A model generated the notes under the pieces. It was not told the origin of the DNA. It ran no database searches and was given only the letters and a program-made list of their open reading frames with translations. DNA of 64,000 nt from an uncultured Flavobacteriales bacterium (lineage in GTDB: Bacteria; Bacteroidota; Bacteroidia; Flavobacteriales_D; Sanyastnellaceae), in contig CAJQIB010000010.1 of assembly GCA_905478325.1 (NCBI GenBank), positions 3,773 to 67,772 of the forward strand, written 5' to 3'. Below, in pieces: positions 1-9,773 of the stretch. Within the stretch, counting starts at the first letter, position 1. The number at the start of each line of letters is the position of its first letter. The position numbers were made by a program, and so were the translations under genes.

Positions 1-1055
1 ACATCCCCTTCGAAAACAGTCTGGTTTCAACTTTTCTTGGACAGGCACAAGGATATTCCCCTAGTGACCTGTACGACACATTTCCCTTTACAGCAAACCT
101 TGCTTGGGACACTTATTTGCTCGACCCGCACCCCAACGGCAACCCCACTTCTTACATTTCGGCCATCCCTCAAGGGGGCGCGCGAACAAGCAAAAACATA
201 GACAGAACAGGTCAACTATCAGAAACGAACATTGGCTTTGGATCGGGCCTGTCCGAAGTTGTTTATATCGGCATAACCCTCGGTATCGTCAATGTAGATT
301 TCAGTGAAGAAACCCGACACCGAGAAATGCCCATGGTGGACTCGTTGGAACTCACCGAATGGACCTTCCGTGAAAACTTAGTAATCGAAGGAAGCGGCAT
401 CAATGTGAAGGTGGGCTTGATTGCCGTTCCATCGCCTTGGCTTCGCATAGGAACCGCCTACCATAGCCGTTCCCGACTGAGCATGACAGAGAAGTATTCC
501 ACGGGCATCACGAGCACATTCGTCGATGGCGGACCATACGAGGTGCTGTCCCCGTTTAACCAAATCGAATATGTCATCGTGACGCCATCGCGTTTCTTAG
601 CCTCCGCTGCCTTCCTGTTGGGCAAGGGCGGCATCATCAGTGCTGACTACGAAGTCGTCAATTATGCCACGGGTGAGTTAAGAAAAAGCGCTTTCTCTCC
701 GGACGGTGCCTATGCGTTTGGCGACGAAAATGAAGCTCTACAAGCAGTCTATGGTACTTCGAGGATGGCACGTGTTGGAGCCGAAATTCGCATTCAAGAC
801 GCATTTCGACTGCGCTTTGGTGCGGGCATGGAAACATCGCCCTACACCAATGCCGCCCAAGTCGAAGCCAACGCCAAACGTTACCAAGCCAGTTTCGGTT
901 GGGGGGTTCGCTCGGAGAAATGGTACGGTGCAATGACATACCGTCGCAGCTGGACCGAACAAGACCTTTACTTGTCCTCCCCTGTCCTCGTCGACGCCGC
1001 CAAAGTCGGCAACACCCACGGCATGGTGGTGGCAGCTCTTGGATTCCGGATGTAA
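1..1055 (+). CDS. Outer membrane beta-barrel, OmpP1/FadL/hemin-receptor-like (5' end outside window)
   Basis: Frame is open from base 3 (IPFENSLVSTFLGQAQG...) into ORF 117..1055; amphipathic strands, GxNVKVGLI and RIGxAYHS motifs, ends LGFRM. Confidence 0.7.
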   Translation, partial: IPFENSLVSTFLGQAQGYSPSDLYDTFPFTANLAWDTYLLDPHPNGNPTSYISAIPQGGARTSKNIDRTGQLSETNIGFGSGLSEVVYIGITLGIVNVDFSEETRHREMPMVDSLELTEWTFRENLVIEGSGINVKVGLIAVPSPWLRIGTAYHSRSRLSMTEKYSTGITSTFVDGGPYEVLSPFNQIEYVIVTPSRFLASAAFLLGKGGIISADYEVVNYATGELRKSAFSPDGAYAFGDENEALQAVYGTSRMARVGAEIRIQDAFRLRFGAGMETSPYTNAAQVEANAKRYQASFGWGVRSEKWYGAMTYRRSWTEQDLYLSSPVLVDAAKVGNTHGMVVAALGFRM

Positions 1056-1113
1056 ACACTCCTCGGCGTTCATCCTCATTGCACTCCTCTCATTCCGCGT
1101 GACTTCAGGCCAT

Positions 1114-1149
1114 AAAAAAACCCTGCTTACCAGAGGTAAACAGGGTTTT
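1114..1149. terminator. Bidirectional intrinsic terminator
   Basis: AAAACCCTGCTTACC-AGA-GGTAAACAGGGTTTT hairpin with A/T tails between convergent genes. Confidence 0.8.
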
Positions 1150-1173
1150 CAATTCTTTTAAAGGAACGAGGCC

Positions 1174-1977
1174 TTATTGTTTTTTCGCTTTTGCGATCGC
1201 CTTTGTAATCTGAGTATCGATCCGAACCTGCTCCTCGTCGGCCAGCTCTTTGTCAACCAAGATTCGTCCGCTGTGCTCATCGACGATAATGCGCTTGCGC
1301 TGTGCGATGTCAATCTGACGTTGTGGTGGAATCTTGATATACGAACCCGCAGACGCTTGACGTTCGATTGGAACCACGGCCAATCCGTTTTTCGCAGAAT
1401 TGCGAATACGCTGGTAGCTCGCCAACAAGCGGGCTTCGATGCTCGAAGACATCTTGTCGCTCAAGGCAGTCAATACACTTTCTTCAGCTTGGGTCTCAGA
1501 AATGATCTCGGCCAACTCGGAACGCTTGCCTACGAGATCTGCATCACGCATTTCAACCTTTTCCTTACTGGACACGACCAACTCACTTTTTTGATCCACT
1601 TGTGCCAAGCACTCACGGATTTTCTTCTCGCACAATTCAATCTCCAACGTTTGGTATTCGATCTCTTTATTCAAAGAATCAAATTCCCGGTTGTTACGGA
1701 CATTGTTTTGTTGCTCCGTGTATTTGGTGATCAAGGCTTTGCTCTCCTCGATCTGATTCTTGTATGCAGCGATGCGCTGGTTTACCAAATCAACTTCCTC
1801 TTCGAGGCGTTCCAATCGGGTGCGCAATCCGGCAATCTCGTCTTCTAGGTCTTCGACTTCCAATGGCAATTCACCACGTACCACGCGAATGCGGTCGATG
1901 CGTGAATCAATCAATTGCAAGTCATAAAGTGCCCGGAGCTTGTCTTCAGCGGTAGAAACAGTGGTCTTCTTAGCCAT
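1174..1977 (-). CDS. DUF164/C4-type zinc-ribbon family coiled-coil protein (Cys-less variant)
   Basis: LYDLQLIDSRID start, long coiled coil, YQRIR-GLAVVPI-IPPQRQ-GRIL C-terminus; usual partner of the Nif3 gene. Confidence 0.85.
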   Translation of the reverse strand: MAKKTTVSTAEDKLRALYDLQLIDSRIDRIRVVRGELPLEVEDLEDEIAGLRTRLERLEEEVDLVNQRIAAYKNQIEESKALITKYTEQQNNVRNNREFDSLNKEIEYQTLEIELCEKKIRECLAQVDQKSELVVSSKEKVEMRDADLVGKRSELAEIISETQAEESVLTALSDKMSSSIEARLLASYQRIRNSAKNGLAVVPIERQASAGSYIKIPPQRQIDIAQRKRIIVDEHSGRILVDKELADEEQVRIDTQITKAIAKAKKQ

Positions 1978-1985
1978 GGTATGGG

Positions 1986-3104
1986 TCAGCGATAGTGAAT
2001 AGGATTCGGATTGGCCTCTGCCAAATGGACTGCAAAATTAGTGAATTTATTGTTTAAGCGACTCACAATCAAGTGCGTTGTTTGCCATTCACTTTCGTAG
2101 TGCCCTACATCTGCAATAACCAGACGGTTTTCAGCCCCAAAAAACTCATGGTATTTGAAGTCTGATGTGACAAAAACATCGGCTCCACAACGAATGGCAT
2201 CAGACAGCAAAAAGCTCCCAGCCCCCCCGCAAACAGCGACTTTACGAATAGCTTTCCCTAACAAATCGGTATGTCTTACAGCACCGCAACCTAAGTTTTT
2301 TTTGAGCTGATCTAGGAAAACATCTTCTGGCATGGGGGCGTCCAACTCTCCGACCATTCCACTACCAACATGTCCACTTGTGTTGGTCAAAGTCCAAATA
2401 CTGTGCGCAACCTCCTCATATGGATGGGCCTCTTTCAGTGCGACCAGCACTCCTGACAACTTCCACGTTTCAACCACAACCTCCACCCTTACTTCACCAA
2501 CTTCACTTCGCACTCCCTCCTCTCCACTAAATGGTTTAGAACCTGGGAGGGGCCGAAAGGTGCCTTGCCCTTGAACAGCCCAACCGCACTCGTCGTATTG
2601 ACCGATTTTACCGGCACCTGCCTCGAACATCGCATCTTGCACGCTTCCTGCATGCTCTTGAGGCACGTAGACGACGACTTGATTCAATACCGCTGGCTTC
2701 GGCCTTAAAATGCGCAGAGAATCCGGCATGCAACCGACGGCAGTCGCTAGTTTTTGATTCACACCATCGGCCACATTGTCCAAATTGGTATGAATGGCGT
2801 AAAGGGCAATTCCGTGTCGAATCGCCGCCATGACAGTGCGCTCTACATGATTCGACCCGGTCAAGCGCTTCAACCCTTGAAATACGATGGGGTGGTGTGA
2901 GACAATCATGCCCGCACCGCGGCGAGCGGCCTCCTCAACCACGGCTTCTGTACAATCCAATGAAACCAAGACACTCTGGATTGCGGCTGTGGGGTCTCCC
3001 ACCAACAAACCGGAATTGTCATAGGACTCCTGAAGCACCGGTGGGGCCCATTGTTCGAGCACATCCATTACAGCCTGAACACGTATCGTTTGAGCAACTT
3101 GCAT
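1986..3104 (-). CDS. Nif3-like dinuclear metal centre hexameric protein (YbgI/YqfO)
   Basis: YDNSGLLVG, SHHPIVF, HTNLD, HPYEEVA and GHYESE motifs. Confidence 0.93.
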   Translation of the reverse strand: MQVAQTIRVQAVMDVLEQWAPPVLQESYDNSGLLVGDPTAAIQSVLVSLDCTEAVVEEAARRGAGMIVSHHPIVFQGLKRLTGSNHVERTVMAAIRHGIALYAIHTNLDNVADGVNQKLATAVGCMPDSLRILRPKPAVLNQVVVYVPQEHAGSVQDAMFEAGAGKIGQYDECGWAVQGQGTFRPLPGSKPFSGEEGVRSEVGEVRVEVVVETWKLSGVLVALKEAHPYEEVAHSIWTLTNTSGHVGSGMVGELDAPMPEDVFLDQLKKNLGCGAVRHTDLLGKAIRKVAVCGGAGSFLLSDAIRCGADVFVTSDFKYHEFFGAENRLVIADVGHYESEWQTTHLIVSRLNNKFTNFAVHLAEANPNPIHYR

Positions 3105-3149
3105 GTCTCAAAGGTAATTGCGCACACGAATAACCCGTAATTTCAGCAC
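3105..3149. promoter_or_regulatory. Divergent Bacteroidota -7 promoter boxes for nif3 and lpxK
   Basis: TACCTTTG (minus, 3109-3116) and TAATTTCA (plus, 3138-3145), each 4 nt before its ATG. Confidence 0.6.
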
Positions 3150-4217
3150 ATGATTCGCAATGCTCTCCTTTGGCCATGGAGTGTCCTATATGGGCTTGCG
3201 CTGCGCTTGCGTCATCTTTTGTACGACATAGGCGCACTCCATTCTTCACCAGGGGCACTGCCCACTGTAGTTCTAGGCAATCTTACCGTAGGTGGTACCG
3301 GTAAAACACCCTTGACAGAACTGCTCGTTCGGGAAATGGAACAGCTCATTGGCCCAGGCTCAGTTGGCATATTGAGCCGCGGCTATGGACGTAAATCCAA
3401 AGGGTTTCACTGGGTCGATGCGCTAGACCATGCCATTGATGTTGGAGATGAGCCGCTCATGTTGCGGCGAAAGATGCCCCACGTCGCTGTTGCTGTGTGC
3501 GAAGACCGGCTGAAAGGTCTCCTGCGGATGCACCAAGAAAACCCGGACTTAAAATGGGTGATTTGCGACGATGCGTTGCAACACCGGTCTTTGGTTCCCA
3601 CGGTATCCATGCTAGTTCTGGATGCCACACAGCCCGTGGTAAAAGATCGACTGCTGCCACTAGGGCGGCTGCGGGATTTGCCCTCTCGGATGGGCCATTT
3701 CGATGCGGCTGTGGTGACACGCTTGGAGCACCACACCGAGGGCGCTTTGGAAACGGCCTTACAAGAAGCAGGATGGCCGCTACATCGGGTTCACTTCGGA
3801 ACCTTTATGCACCCCATGCCACTCCTCTCCTTTCCACAAGGAACCCCTGCTAAAAATGGTGCAAGTGACGCATCTCCATCACAGAGAGAGCGCATTCTCG
3901 CCGTTGCCGGTATCGCAAGACCACTGCGCTTCATGGATCGCTTAAGCGAGCGATTTCAGGTCGTCCGACGTGAGGCCTTTGCCGATCACGGAACATTTTC
4001 AGACAAGGACATCAAGCGGTGGCGCGTGATTATGGAATCCGATCGACTGCAGGCGCTTGTGACCACCGAAAAAGATGCCACCCGACTCGAGGGAATGGAC
4101 CTTGAAGGCTTGGACATTCGTTACGAGCCAATTCAAGCTCAATTGATTCCCCAGACTCCGCTTCAAGATTGGTTGAAAAGTCAAATAAAGAAGCACGACA
4201 GCACGTCTTCTCATTAG
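3150..4217 (+). CDS. lpxK: Tetraacyldisaccharide 4'-kinase
   Basis: GNLTVGGTGKTP, LSRGYGR, GDEP, DDALQH, LLPLGRLRD, TTEKDA. Confidence 0.95.
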   Translation: MIRNALLWPWSVLYGLALRLRHLLYDIGALHSSPGALPTVVLGNLTVGGTGKTPLTELLVREMEQLIGPGSVGILSRGYGRKSKGFHWVDALDHAIDVGDEPLMLRRKMPHVAVAVCEDRLKGLLRMHQENPDLKWVICDDALQHRSLVPTVSMLVLDATQPVVKDRLLPLGRLRDLPSRMGHFDAAVVTRLEHHTEGALETALQEAGWPLHRVHFGTFMHPMPLLSFPQGTPAKNGASDASPSQRERILAVAGIARPLRFMDRLSERFQVVRREAFADHGTFSDKDIKRWRVIMESDRLQALVTTEKDATRLEGMDLEGLDIRYEPIQAQLIPQTPLQDWLKSQIKKHDSTSSH

Positions 4218-4267
4218 CACTCGAGGAGATTTTCCGAAGAGAGCGGAAAATTCAAGATATTTACACC

Positions 4268-5512
4268 ATGAAGGAACGTGTCATATTTCGGCAGACTGCA
4301 CATTGGATGGGTACCGTTGCTGTCTTCTTTATTCTCCTGACCACAGGGGGATGCCAATCGGAGGGGAACGGCAATACCATTGATGGAACGTTGCTAGGTC
4401 CCAATGGTCGGAACGTAGAAGTGGAATTGAAAAAGTGGATGACTGGAAAGGATGGGAAAAGCGGTCAATTCATTGCCATCGACGCCACCTATTCTGATGC
4501 TGAAGGCCAATTTCACCTTGAGCCCCAGCGGCCATTGCCTATGGACTTTTACCAAATCATGGTCAGCAAAACCAAGGCATTGGTTGTGATCATGGACAGC
4601 ACAAAAAGCTTGCAAATTGAAGCAACAGTGCCCGATGCAGGGTACATTCTTAACGCTCAAATTGAGGGGTTCGAGGACGCGCAAGAGGCAACCGAGTATT
4701 ACGCCAAAGCCGTGCCACTCCAAGATCGCATGAGCATGACACGGGTCGGAATGCAACAGGCTAAAAACGCAGAAAGACGACAAGCACTTTCTGTCCAAAG
4801 TGTCGAAATTGCGGCTGAAGTAACGGCATGGGCGAAGAGCTTCCTGAACGACCACAAAGGATCACTGGCATGTTTAGGGCCTCTCGAGCATCTCGACATC
4901 CGACCCAACATGGTCGTTTTCAAGGAAGTCTTGAAGTCTACGAAGTCTGCTTTGGGCGGTGGTGCATACCACCAGGTTTTGAGCAGTGTGATTCAAGGCG
5001 AAGAAGCGAAGATGCAAGCCGCTACGAAAGCGCGAACAATTCCTAAAGGAAACGGAGCGAACAAACCGAGAGCACAAAAGAACTCTCGGTATACCGTTGG
5101 CGATCAAGCTCCGGACATTGTCATGAATGACCCCACTGGAAAACCGCGAAAATTGAGCGACCTCAGAGGGAAAGTGGTACTCGTCGATTTTTGGGCTTCT
5201 TGGTGTGGACCGTGTCGCAGAGAGAACCCTTCCGTTGTCCGTGCTTACCAGCAGTACAATTCGAAAGGATTTGAGATTTTCTCGGTCTCATTGGACAAGG
5301 ACCTTGAGCGTTGGAAAGGCGCCATCGCTCAAGACCAACTGGAATGGCCGAATCACGTCTGCGACCTCAAGGGATGGAGCAACGAGGCCGCCAGAGCGTA
5401 TGGCGTCAGCAGCATTCCTCACGCCGTCTTAATCGACCAAGAGGGCACCATTGTCGCCACGCACCTGCGCGGCGGGGCATTGGTCGCCAAGTTGCAAGAA
5501 CTGCTTCCATAA
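4268..5512 (+). CDS. TlpA/ResA-like thiol-disulfide oxidoreductase lipoprotein with N-terminal extension
   Basis: DFWASWCGPCR; lipobox-like LTTGGC; ATG 4268 preferred over the overlapping upstream start. Confidence 0.88.
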   Translation: MKERVIFRQTAHWMGTVAVFFILLTTGGCQSEGNGNTIDGTLLGPNGRNVEVELKKWMTGKDGKSGQFIAIDATYSDAEGQFHLEPQRPLPMDFYQIMVSKTKALVVIMDSTKSLQIEATVPDAGYILNAQIEGFEDAQEATEYYAKAVPLQDRMSMTRVGMQQAKNAERRQALSVQSVEIAAEVTAWAKSFLNDHKGSLACLGPLEHLDIRPNMVVFKEVLKSTKSALGGGAYHQVLSSVIQGEEAKMQAATKARTIPKGNGANKPRAQKNSRYTVGDQAPDIVMNDPTGKPRKLSDLRGKVVLVDFWASWCGPCRRENPSVVRAYQQYNSKGFEIFSVSLDKDLERWKGAIAQDQLEWPNHVCDLKGWSNEAARAYGVSSIPHAVLIDQEGTIVATHLRGGALVAKLQELLP

Positions 5513-5521
5513 CGCCATCGT

Positions 5522-6304
5522 TTGCAACACATCTACCTCGCTTCTGATTTGCATTTGGGTGCTCCCAACCGGGCAGAAAGCCTGGTGAGAGAGCGGAAAT
5601 TCGTGCAATGGCTGGAACAGGCTGCGCAAGGAACAGGCCATGCCCAAAATGGAGCCGCTACTGAAATCCATTTGGTCGGTGACCTCTTTGATTTTTGGTT
5701 CGACTATCGTCATGCTGTGCCTAAAGGAGCCGTTCGTCTCCTAGGAGCCATCGCTCGTGTTGCAGATAGCGGCATCCCCGTGCATTTCCATGTTGGCAAT
5801 CACGACCTCTGGACATTTGGATATTTTGAAGATGAGCTGGGCGTTTCCGTTCACCGGGAACCGATTGTTCGAGAATACGATGGATTGCGTTGCATGATCG
5901 GCCATGGAGATGGCCTCGGTCCCGGAGATGCCTCGTACAAGCGACTCAAGAAAGTCTTCACCAACAAACTACTGCAAGGCGCCTACCGGCTCGTGCACCC
6001 TGATTTGGGCATTCCTTTGGCTTCTTACTTCTCAAGGAACAGCAGAGCTTCGCAAGGGCCGCAGGAAGACACATACACCGGTCCAGAAGGCGAATGGCTC
6101 TGGCACTATTGCAAAGAAGTTCTGAAGACAGAAGACATTGATTGTTTTCTTTTTGGACATCGACACCTCCCTCTTGATTTGACCGTTCGCCATCCCCGAC
6201 CGGGGAAGAAAGATGCCCGATACATCAACATCGGTGATTGGATCCATCACTTTACCTCAGCGCGGATCGAAGGCGGCAATGCCTTCCTCGATCGCCACGA
6301 GTGA
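5522..6304 (+). CDS. lpxH: UDP-2,3-diacylglucosamine diphosphatase
   Basis: SDLHLG, GDLFDFW, GNHD, HGDG, GHRH, NIGDW metallophosphoesterase motifs. Confidence 0.9.
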   Translation: MQHIYLASDLHLGAPNRAESLVRERKFVQWLEQAAQGTGHAQNGAATEIHLVGDLFDFWFDYRHAVPKGAVRLLGAIARVADSGIPVHFHVGNHDLWTFGYFEDELGVSVHREPIVREYDGLRCMIGHGDGLGPGDASYKRLKKVFTNKLLQGAYRLVHPDLGIPLASYFSRNSRASQGPQEDTYTGPEGEWLWHYCKEVLKTEDIDCFLFGHRHLPLDLTVRHPRPGKKDARYINIGDWIHHFTSARIEGGNAFLDRHE

Positions 6305-6323
6305 GTCCAACCCTTCCTCAAAC

Positions 6324-6360
6324 AAAAAGCCCCCACCAGAAATATCTGGTGGGGGCTTTT
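6324..6360. terminator. Bidirectional intrinsic terminator
   Basis: AAAAGCCCCCACCAGA-AATA-TCTGGTGGGGGCTTTT perfect hairpin between convergent genes. Confidence 0.9.
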
Positions 6361-6379
6361 GAATTTAGATAGCATCCAA

Positions 6380-9300
6380 TTAACGGCGGATCAACAACTT
6401 CGATGTTTGTTGGAATTGACCGTTGGCCATGCGCACGATGTACGTTCCGTTGCCCAAGCCTGCGACATCCAACGTGATTGGATTGCCCATGTATGCTCGA
6501 ATGGATTGATCAACAGCCAAACGTCCAGTGAGATCAAACACCTGCATCTGGAAGTCACCGCGCATCGCTTCTGACTGTACGGTAACCGTTGAACCGGTAA
6601 CCGGATTTGGATAGACCTGAAGAACTTGCGCTTCCACTACGGCTTCATCCGAAACATCACCCGTTCCAAGGAACAAATCAGATCGGAAAATACCGCGACC
6701 GTGCGTCGCTGCATAGATCGCTCCTTGATTTGAAGGATTAATCCAAGGAGCCACTCCACGCCACTGTTGTTTCAAATCGAACACGGGCGCTGTAATCTGA
6801 CTTGATGTCGACGCCATGTTTTGATTCGAGATAACCCAGTCATCTCCACCGTTGTCTGTTGCAAAAACTCCGTACTCTGTACCCACAAGAATCGTCTCTC
6901 CTGAAGGATCCATCGCATCAATGATGACATCATAACATGGCATGCTTCCCAAATTCGAAACATTCCAGATGTTGGTCCAGGATGGCGAATCATCCAAGGC
7001 ATTAAACGTTTCTTGCACTTTGCCAGAAGAGATCGCGCCATAACCTCCTACAGAGATAATAACGTGATTTGGGTTGTTCGGGTCAACCGATACCCCTGTA
7101 ATGGCAGCTCCTACAGATCGAATCTGCTTGCCCATATTGGCAGGCACATCTTCTTGACTGTAGATGGATTCCATGCCATCAAATCGATACAGCTTACCGT
7201 CCCAACCGCTCACAAACATGTGATTTCCCGCTTCAGGTTCCACATTCACTGTGAACTCCACGGCCTTCGTTCCTGTTCCTGCTGGTGCATCATCCAATCG
7301 AATCCAAGATGGCGTCGTGTTGAAGTTCAGTCCATCGCGGGTCATCCAAATTCCGTTGCCGCCGTTAAAACCGGCGATTGTAATCGCGGTGTATGGGTCA
7401 ACGACTTGCAAACGTCCAGGCACGTTTGTCATCGTATCACCTGCGTGGAAGTACAGCGTATCACAAAGCGTGCTCACATCATATACGTCGACAGACACAT
7501 AGGTCGTGTCATAACCTACGGTGTTGTAGATCCATTCTTCCCAAGCTTCAACGTAGACCGAGTCTACAATGGGGGTGATATCAACAATGACATCTTCTTG
7601 ACCAACCAGCAGGCTATCCGTTACACATTCCAATTGAGCAATGGCTTCTTGAGGATCCATCCAGAAATAGTCAGGATCCGCTTCCAAGGCATAATCCAAA
7701 ATCCGTTCTGGACGAATCAACTCATCGTAGAATGGCAACTCCACCCCTTCTGGCAATGTGTACTCGAAATCGAGGTTTTGGTTTGCCGTTGATAGGGTAA
7801 ACGAGCTATCCGTTACAGTCTCGCCGTATGGATTGACCAAGATAACAGCGCTTTGCGCGTCCTGGTCATCGGAATTCTCGTAAAGACGTACAACCGAATA
7901 AAACTGTCCAATCTCTCCTTCCTCATTGATCAATTCTGCGATATTCTCATCGTAGAAATTTCCGTAGTTATTGACGGCTCCTGGTCCAACCGTGCCTCGA
8001 ACGAGCCCCCCGTTCTGAGACGCTGCATAGAAAGCATATTCGTAGCCTTCAACTTCCGTAATCTGAGAAATAGCACAATCGAATCCGTCTCCTCCATTCA
8101 CTTCAACAGCTTCTTGATCACTCAAGAAATAGCCACTGGCAGGAATGAAGAGTGAACCGTTGTCTTGGGTGCCACCCAACACTGCACTGCGCGCACTGTG
8201 GTCCATACCATAGAACTGCGTCACCGAAAAGTCTCGGTTGATGTCGATGTAGCTATCGCCACCATCTGTGCTTTTATAAATCCCTCCGTCACCCACGATG
8301 TACATGTTACCACTTGGCGTAAACATGATGTCATGAATGTCAGCGTGAACGTCAAAATCTGTACCTGCAAAATCAAACGCGTATGCTGCCAATTCAGCTT
8401 GTTGATTCGGGCCAGAGCGCCACAATTCGATGCCACCAACGTAGGCCATTTCAGGATTTCCTTGTTGCACTCCCAAAGCCAAATCATAAATCCCTTGTGG
8501 TCTAGGAAGCGGAGTTGCTTCGGCAATACCAGCCGGCCACACATTGCTCCAAGTACCTTCTTGTCCTGCGCTACCTGAGTAATACAGCCCACCAAACGAA
8601 CCACCGCTTGTCGCGAAGACAACAAAGGCACTATTCGCGTCATCAATGGAAATGGCTACACGCAAACGACCGTTTCCACTTTGTGGCAACACCGTGTCGT
8701 CATTGTTTGAGCCGGAAACCAATACGAAATCAGTGAAAGCCGCATCCGTGCTTCGGTAGACTCGACAGTTGGTCATCCCCACAAGCATATACGATCCATC
8801 CGCAGCAATGGCCATATCTGAAACAGGGCCACTGATGTTGCCCGGGCTCATTGTCAAAATACCGTTCTCAATGAAACCGTACCCTGCATTGCTTCCAAAC
8901 CACACACGATCATCGTCGCCAGGATCAGCAACTAAAGCATCCGTTGCTGAAAAATCACCTGATCCGAACTGGCCTGGATCCGTGCCTTCAACCATGGAGA
9001 AATTCTCTCCGTCGTTGGACCACCAAATTCCTCGGCCACGAAATTCACTTCCTCCCTCTCCGGATCCGCCTTCATAAATTGAGCCAGAACCAACGTATAG
9101 ATCGCCGTTTCCAGTGATAGCCAATGAGCCAATCACGGTATTGTCCAAACCAAACATTTGGTTCCAGTCGTTTCCGCCGTTATCGCTTTTCCATAGGCCG
9201 CCAGAAACTGACCCTGCGTAAAGAATGGTTTCTTCACTTCCATCTTCTGGAATCACAGCGACAATGGCGCGTGTTCGTCCACCGATGTTGTCAGGCCCCA

Positions 9301-9628
9301 TTTCATTCCATTGATGCTCTGTGGAACGGTCGCTTGACCCCTGCTGAGCAGCCATGCGAATGACCTCATCCCGCAATTCGTTCATGCCGGATTCATTCAT
9401 TTCACCCGTCTCGATGTCGCCGCGCATCAACTTCTGGATTTCCCAAGCACCATCAGGTGTTGTCTCCAGTTTATCCACCGTGCGCGGTGTGTATGAGGAT
9501 GTTCCAGATTCAGAAATTGTGGCGGAATCTGCTGGTGAGAAACACAGCGTCCAGCCCAACAAAGCGAAGGTCGCTACCGCTCCGGCGGCAAAAAACTTGT
9601 TCAATTGCATGGTTACAGTTTTATCCAT
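6380..9628 (-). CDS. Secreted BNR/VPS10-like beta-propeller protein with T9SS type A sorting domain
   Basis: MGPDNIGGRTRA, Asp-boxes (KSDNGGNDW, KSTDGGDS, TDNGGDDW), HADIH, GGTQDNG, ATHGRG; CTD VYPNP...FDLTGR...GTYIV...KLLIRR. Confidence 0.85.
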   Translation of the reverse strand: MDKTVTMQLNKFFAAGAVATFALLGWTLCFSPADSATISESGTSSYTPRTVDKLETTPDGAWEIQKLMRGDIETGEMNESGMNELRDEVIRMAAQQGSSDRSTEHQWNEMGPDNIGGRTRAIVAVIPEDGSEETILYAGSVSGGLWKSDNGGNDWNQMFGLDNTVIGSLAITGNGDLYVGSGSIYEGGSGEGGSEFRGRGIWWSNDGENFSMVEGTDPGQFGSGDFSATDALVADPGDDDRVWFGSNAGYGFIENGILTMSPGNISGPVSDMAIAADGSYMLVGMTNCRVYRSTDAAFTDFVLVSGSNNDDTVLPQSGNGRLRVAISIDDANSAFVVFATSGGSFGGLYYSGSAGQEGTWSNVWPAGIAEATPLPRPQGIYDLALGVQQGNPEMAYVGGIELWRSGPNQQAELAAYAFDFAGTDFDVHADIHDIMFTPSGNMYIVGDGGIYKSTDGGDSYIDINRDFSVTQFYGMDHSARSAVLGGTQDNGSLFIPASGYFLSDQEAVEVNGGDGFDCAISQITEVEGYEYAFYAASQNGGLVRGTVGPGAVNNYGNFYDENIAELINEEGEIGQFYSVVRLYENSDDQDAQSAVILVNPYGETVTDSSFTLSTANQNLDFEYTLPEGVELPFYDELIRPERILDYALEADPDYFWMDPQEAIAQLECVTDSLLVGQEDVIVDITPIVDSVYVEAWEEWIYNTVGYDTTYVSVDVYDVSTLCDTLYFHAGDTMTNVPGRLQVVDPYTAITIAGFNGGNGIWMTRDGLNFNTTPSWIRLDDAPAGTGTKAVEFTVNVEPEAGNHMFVSGWDGKLYRFDGMESIYSQEDVPANMGKQIRSVGAAITGVSVDPNNPNHVIISVGGYGAISSGKVQETFNALDDSPSWTNIWNVSNLGSMPCYDVIIDAMDPSGETILVGTEYGVFATDNGGDDWVISNQNMASTSSQITAPVFDLKQQWRGVAPWINPSNQGAIYAATHGRGIFRSDLFLGTGDVSDEAVVEAQVLQVYPNPVTGSTVTVQSEAMRGDFQMQVFDLTGRLAVDQSIRAYMGNPITLDVAGLGNGTYIVRMANGQFQQTSKLLIRR

Positions 9629-9773
9629 TCAGGAATCGAAAGATACAACAAAGGGACTGCTCTCAAAGCATCTGTAGCGACTTGTTGAGCCTGTCATGGT
9701 GGGGCAAGGGCATAAAATTCCTAAAACAATACGCCATCCGCACAATTTCAAGTATCAACAACTGTATGACCGA

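Noticed and set aside
4169..4267. Extended N-termini in the ORF track (tlpA, carA, rpsJ, rplB, pcrA, alaS, cyclophilin)
   Set aside because: Artefacts of first-start calling; they overlap neighbours, promoters or terminators
7013..7792. 259-aa plus-strand ORF
   Set aside because: Antisense shadow of the T9SS propeller gene; no motifs
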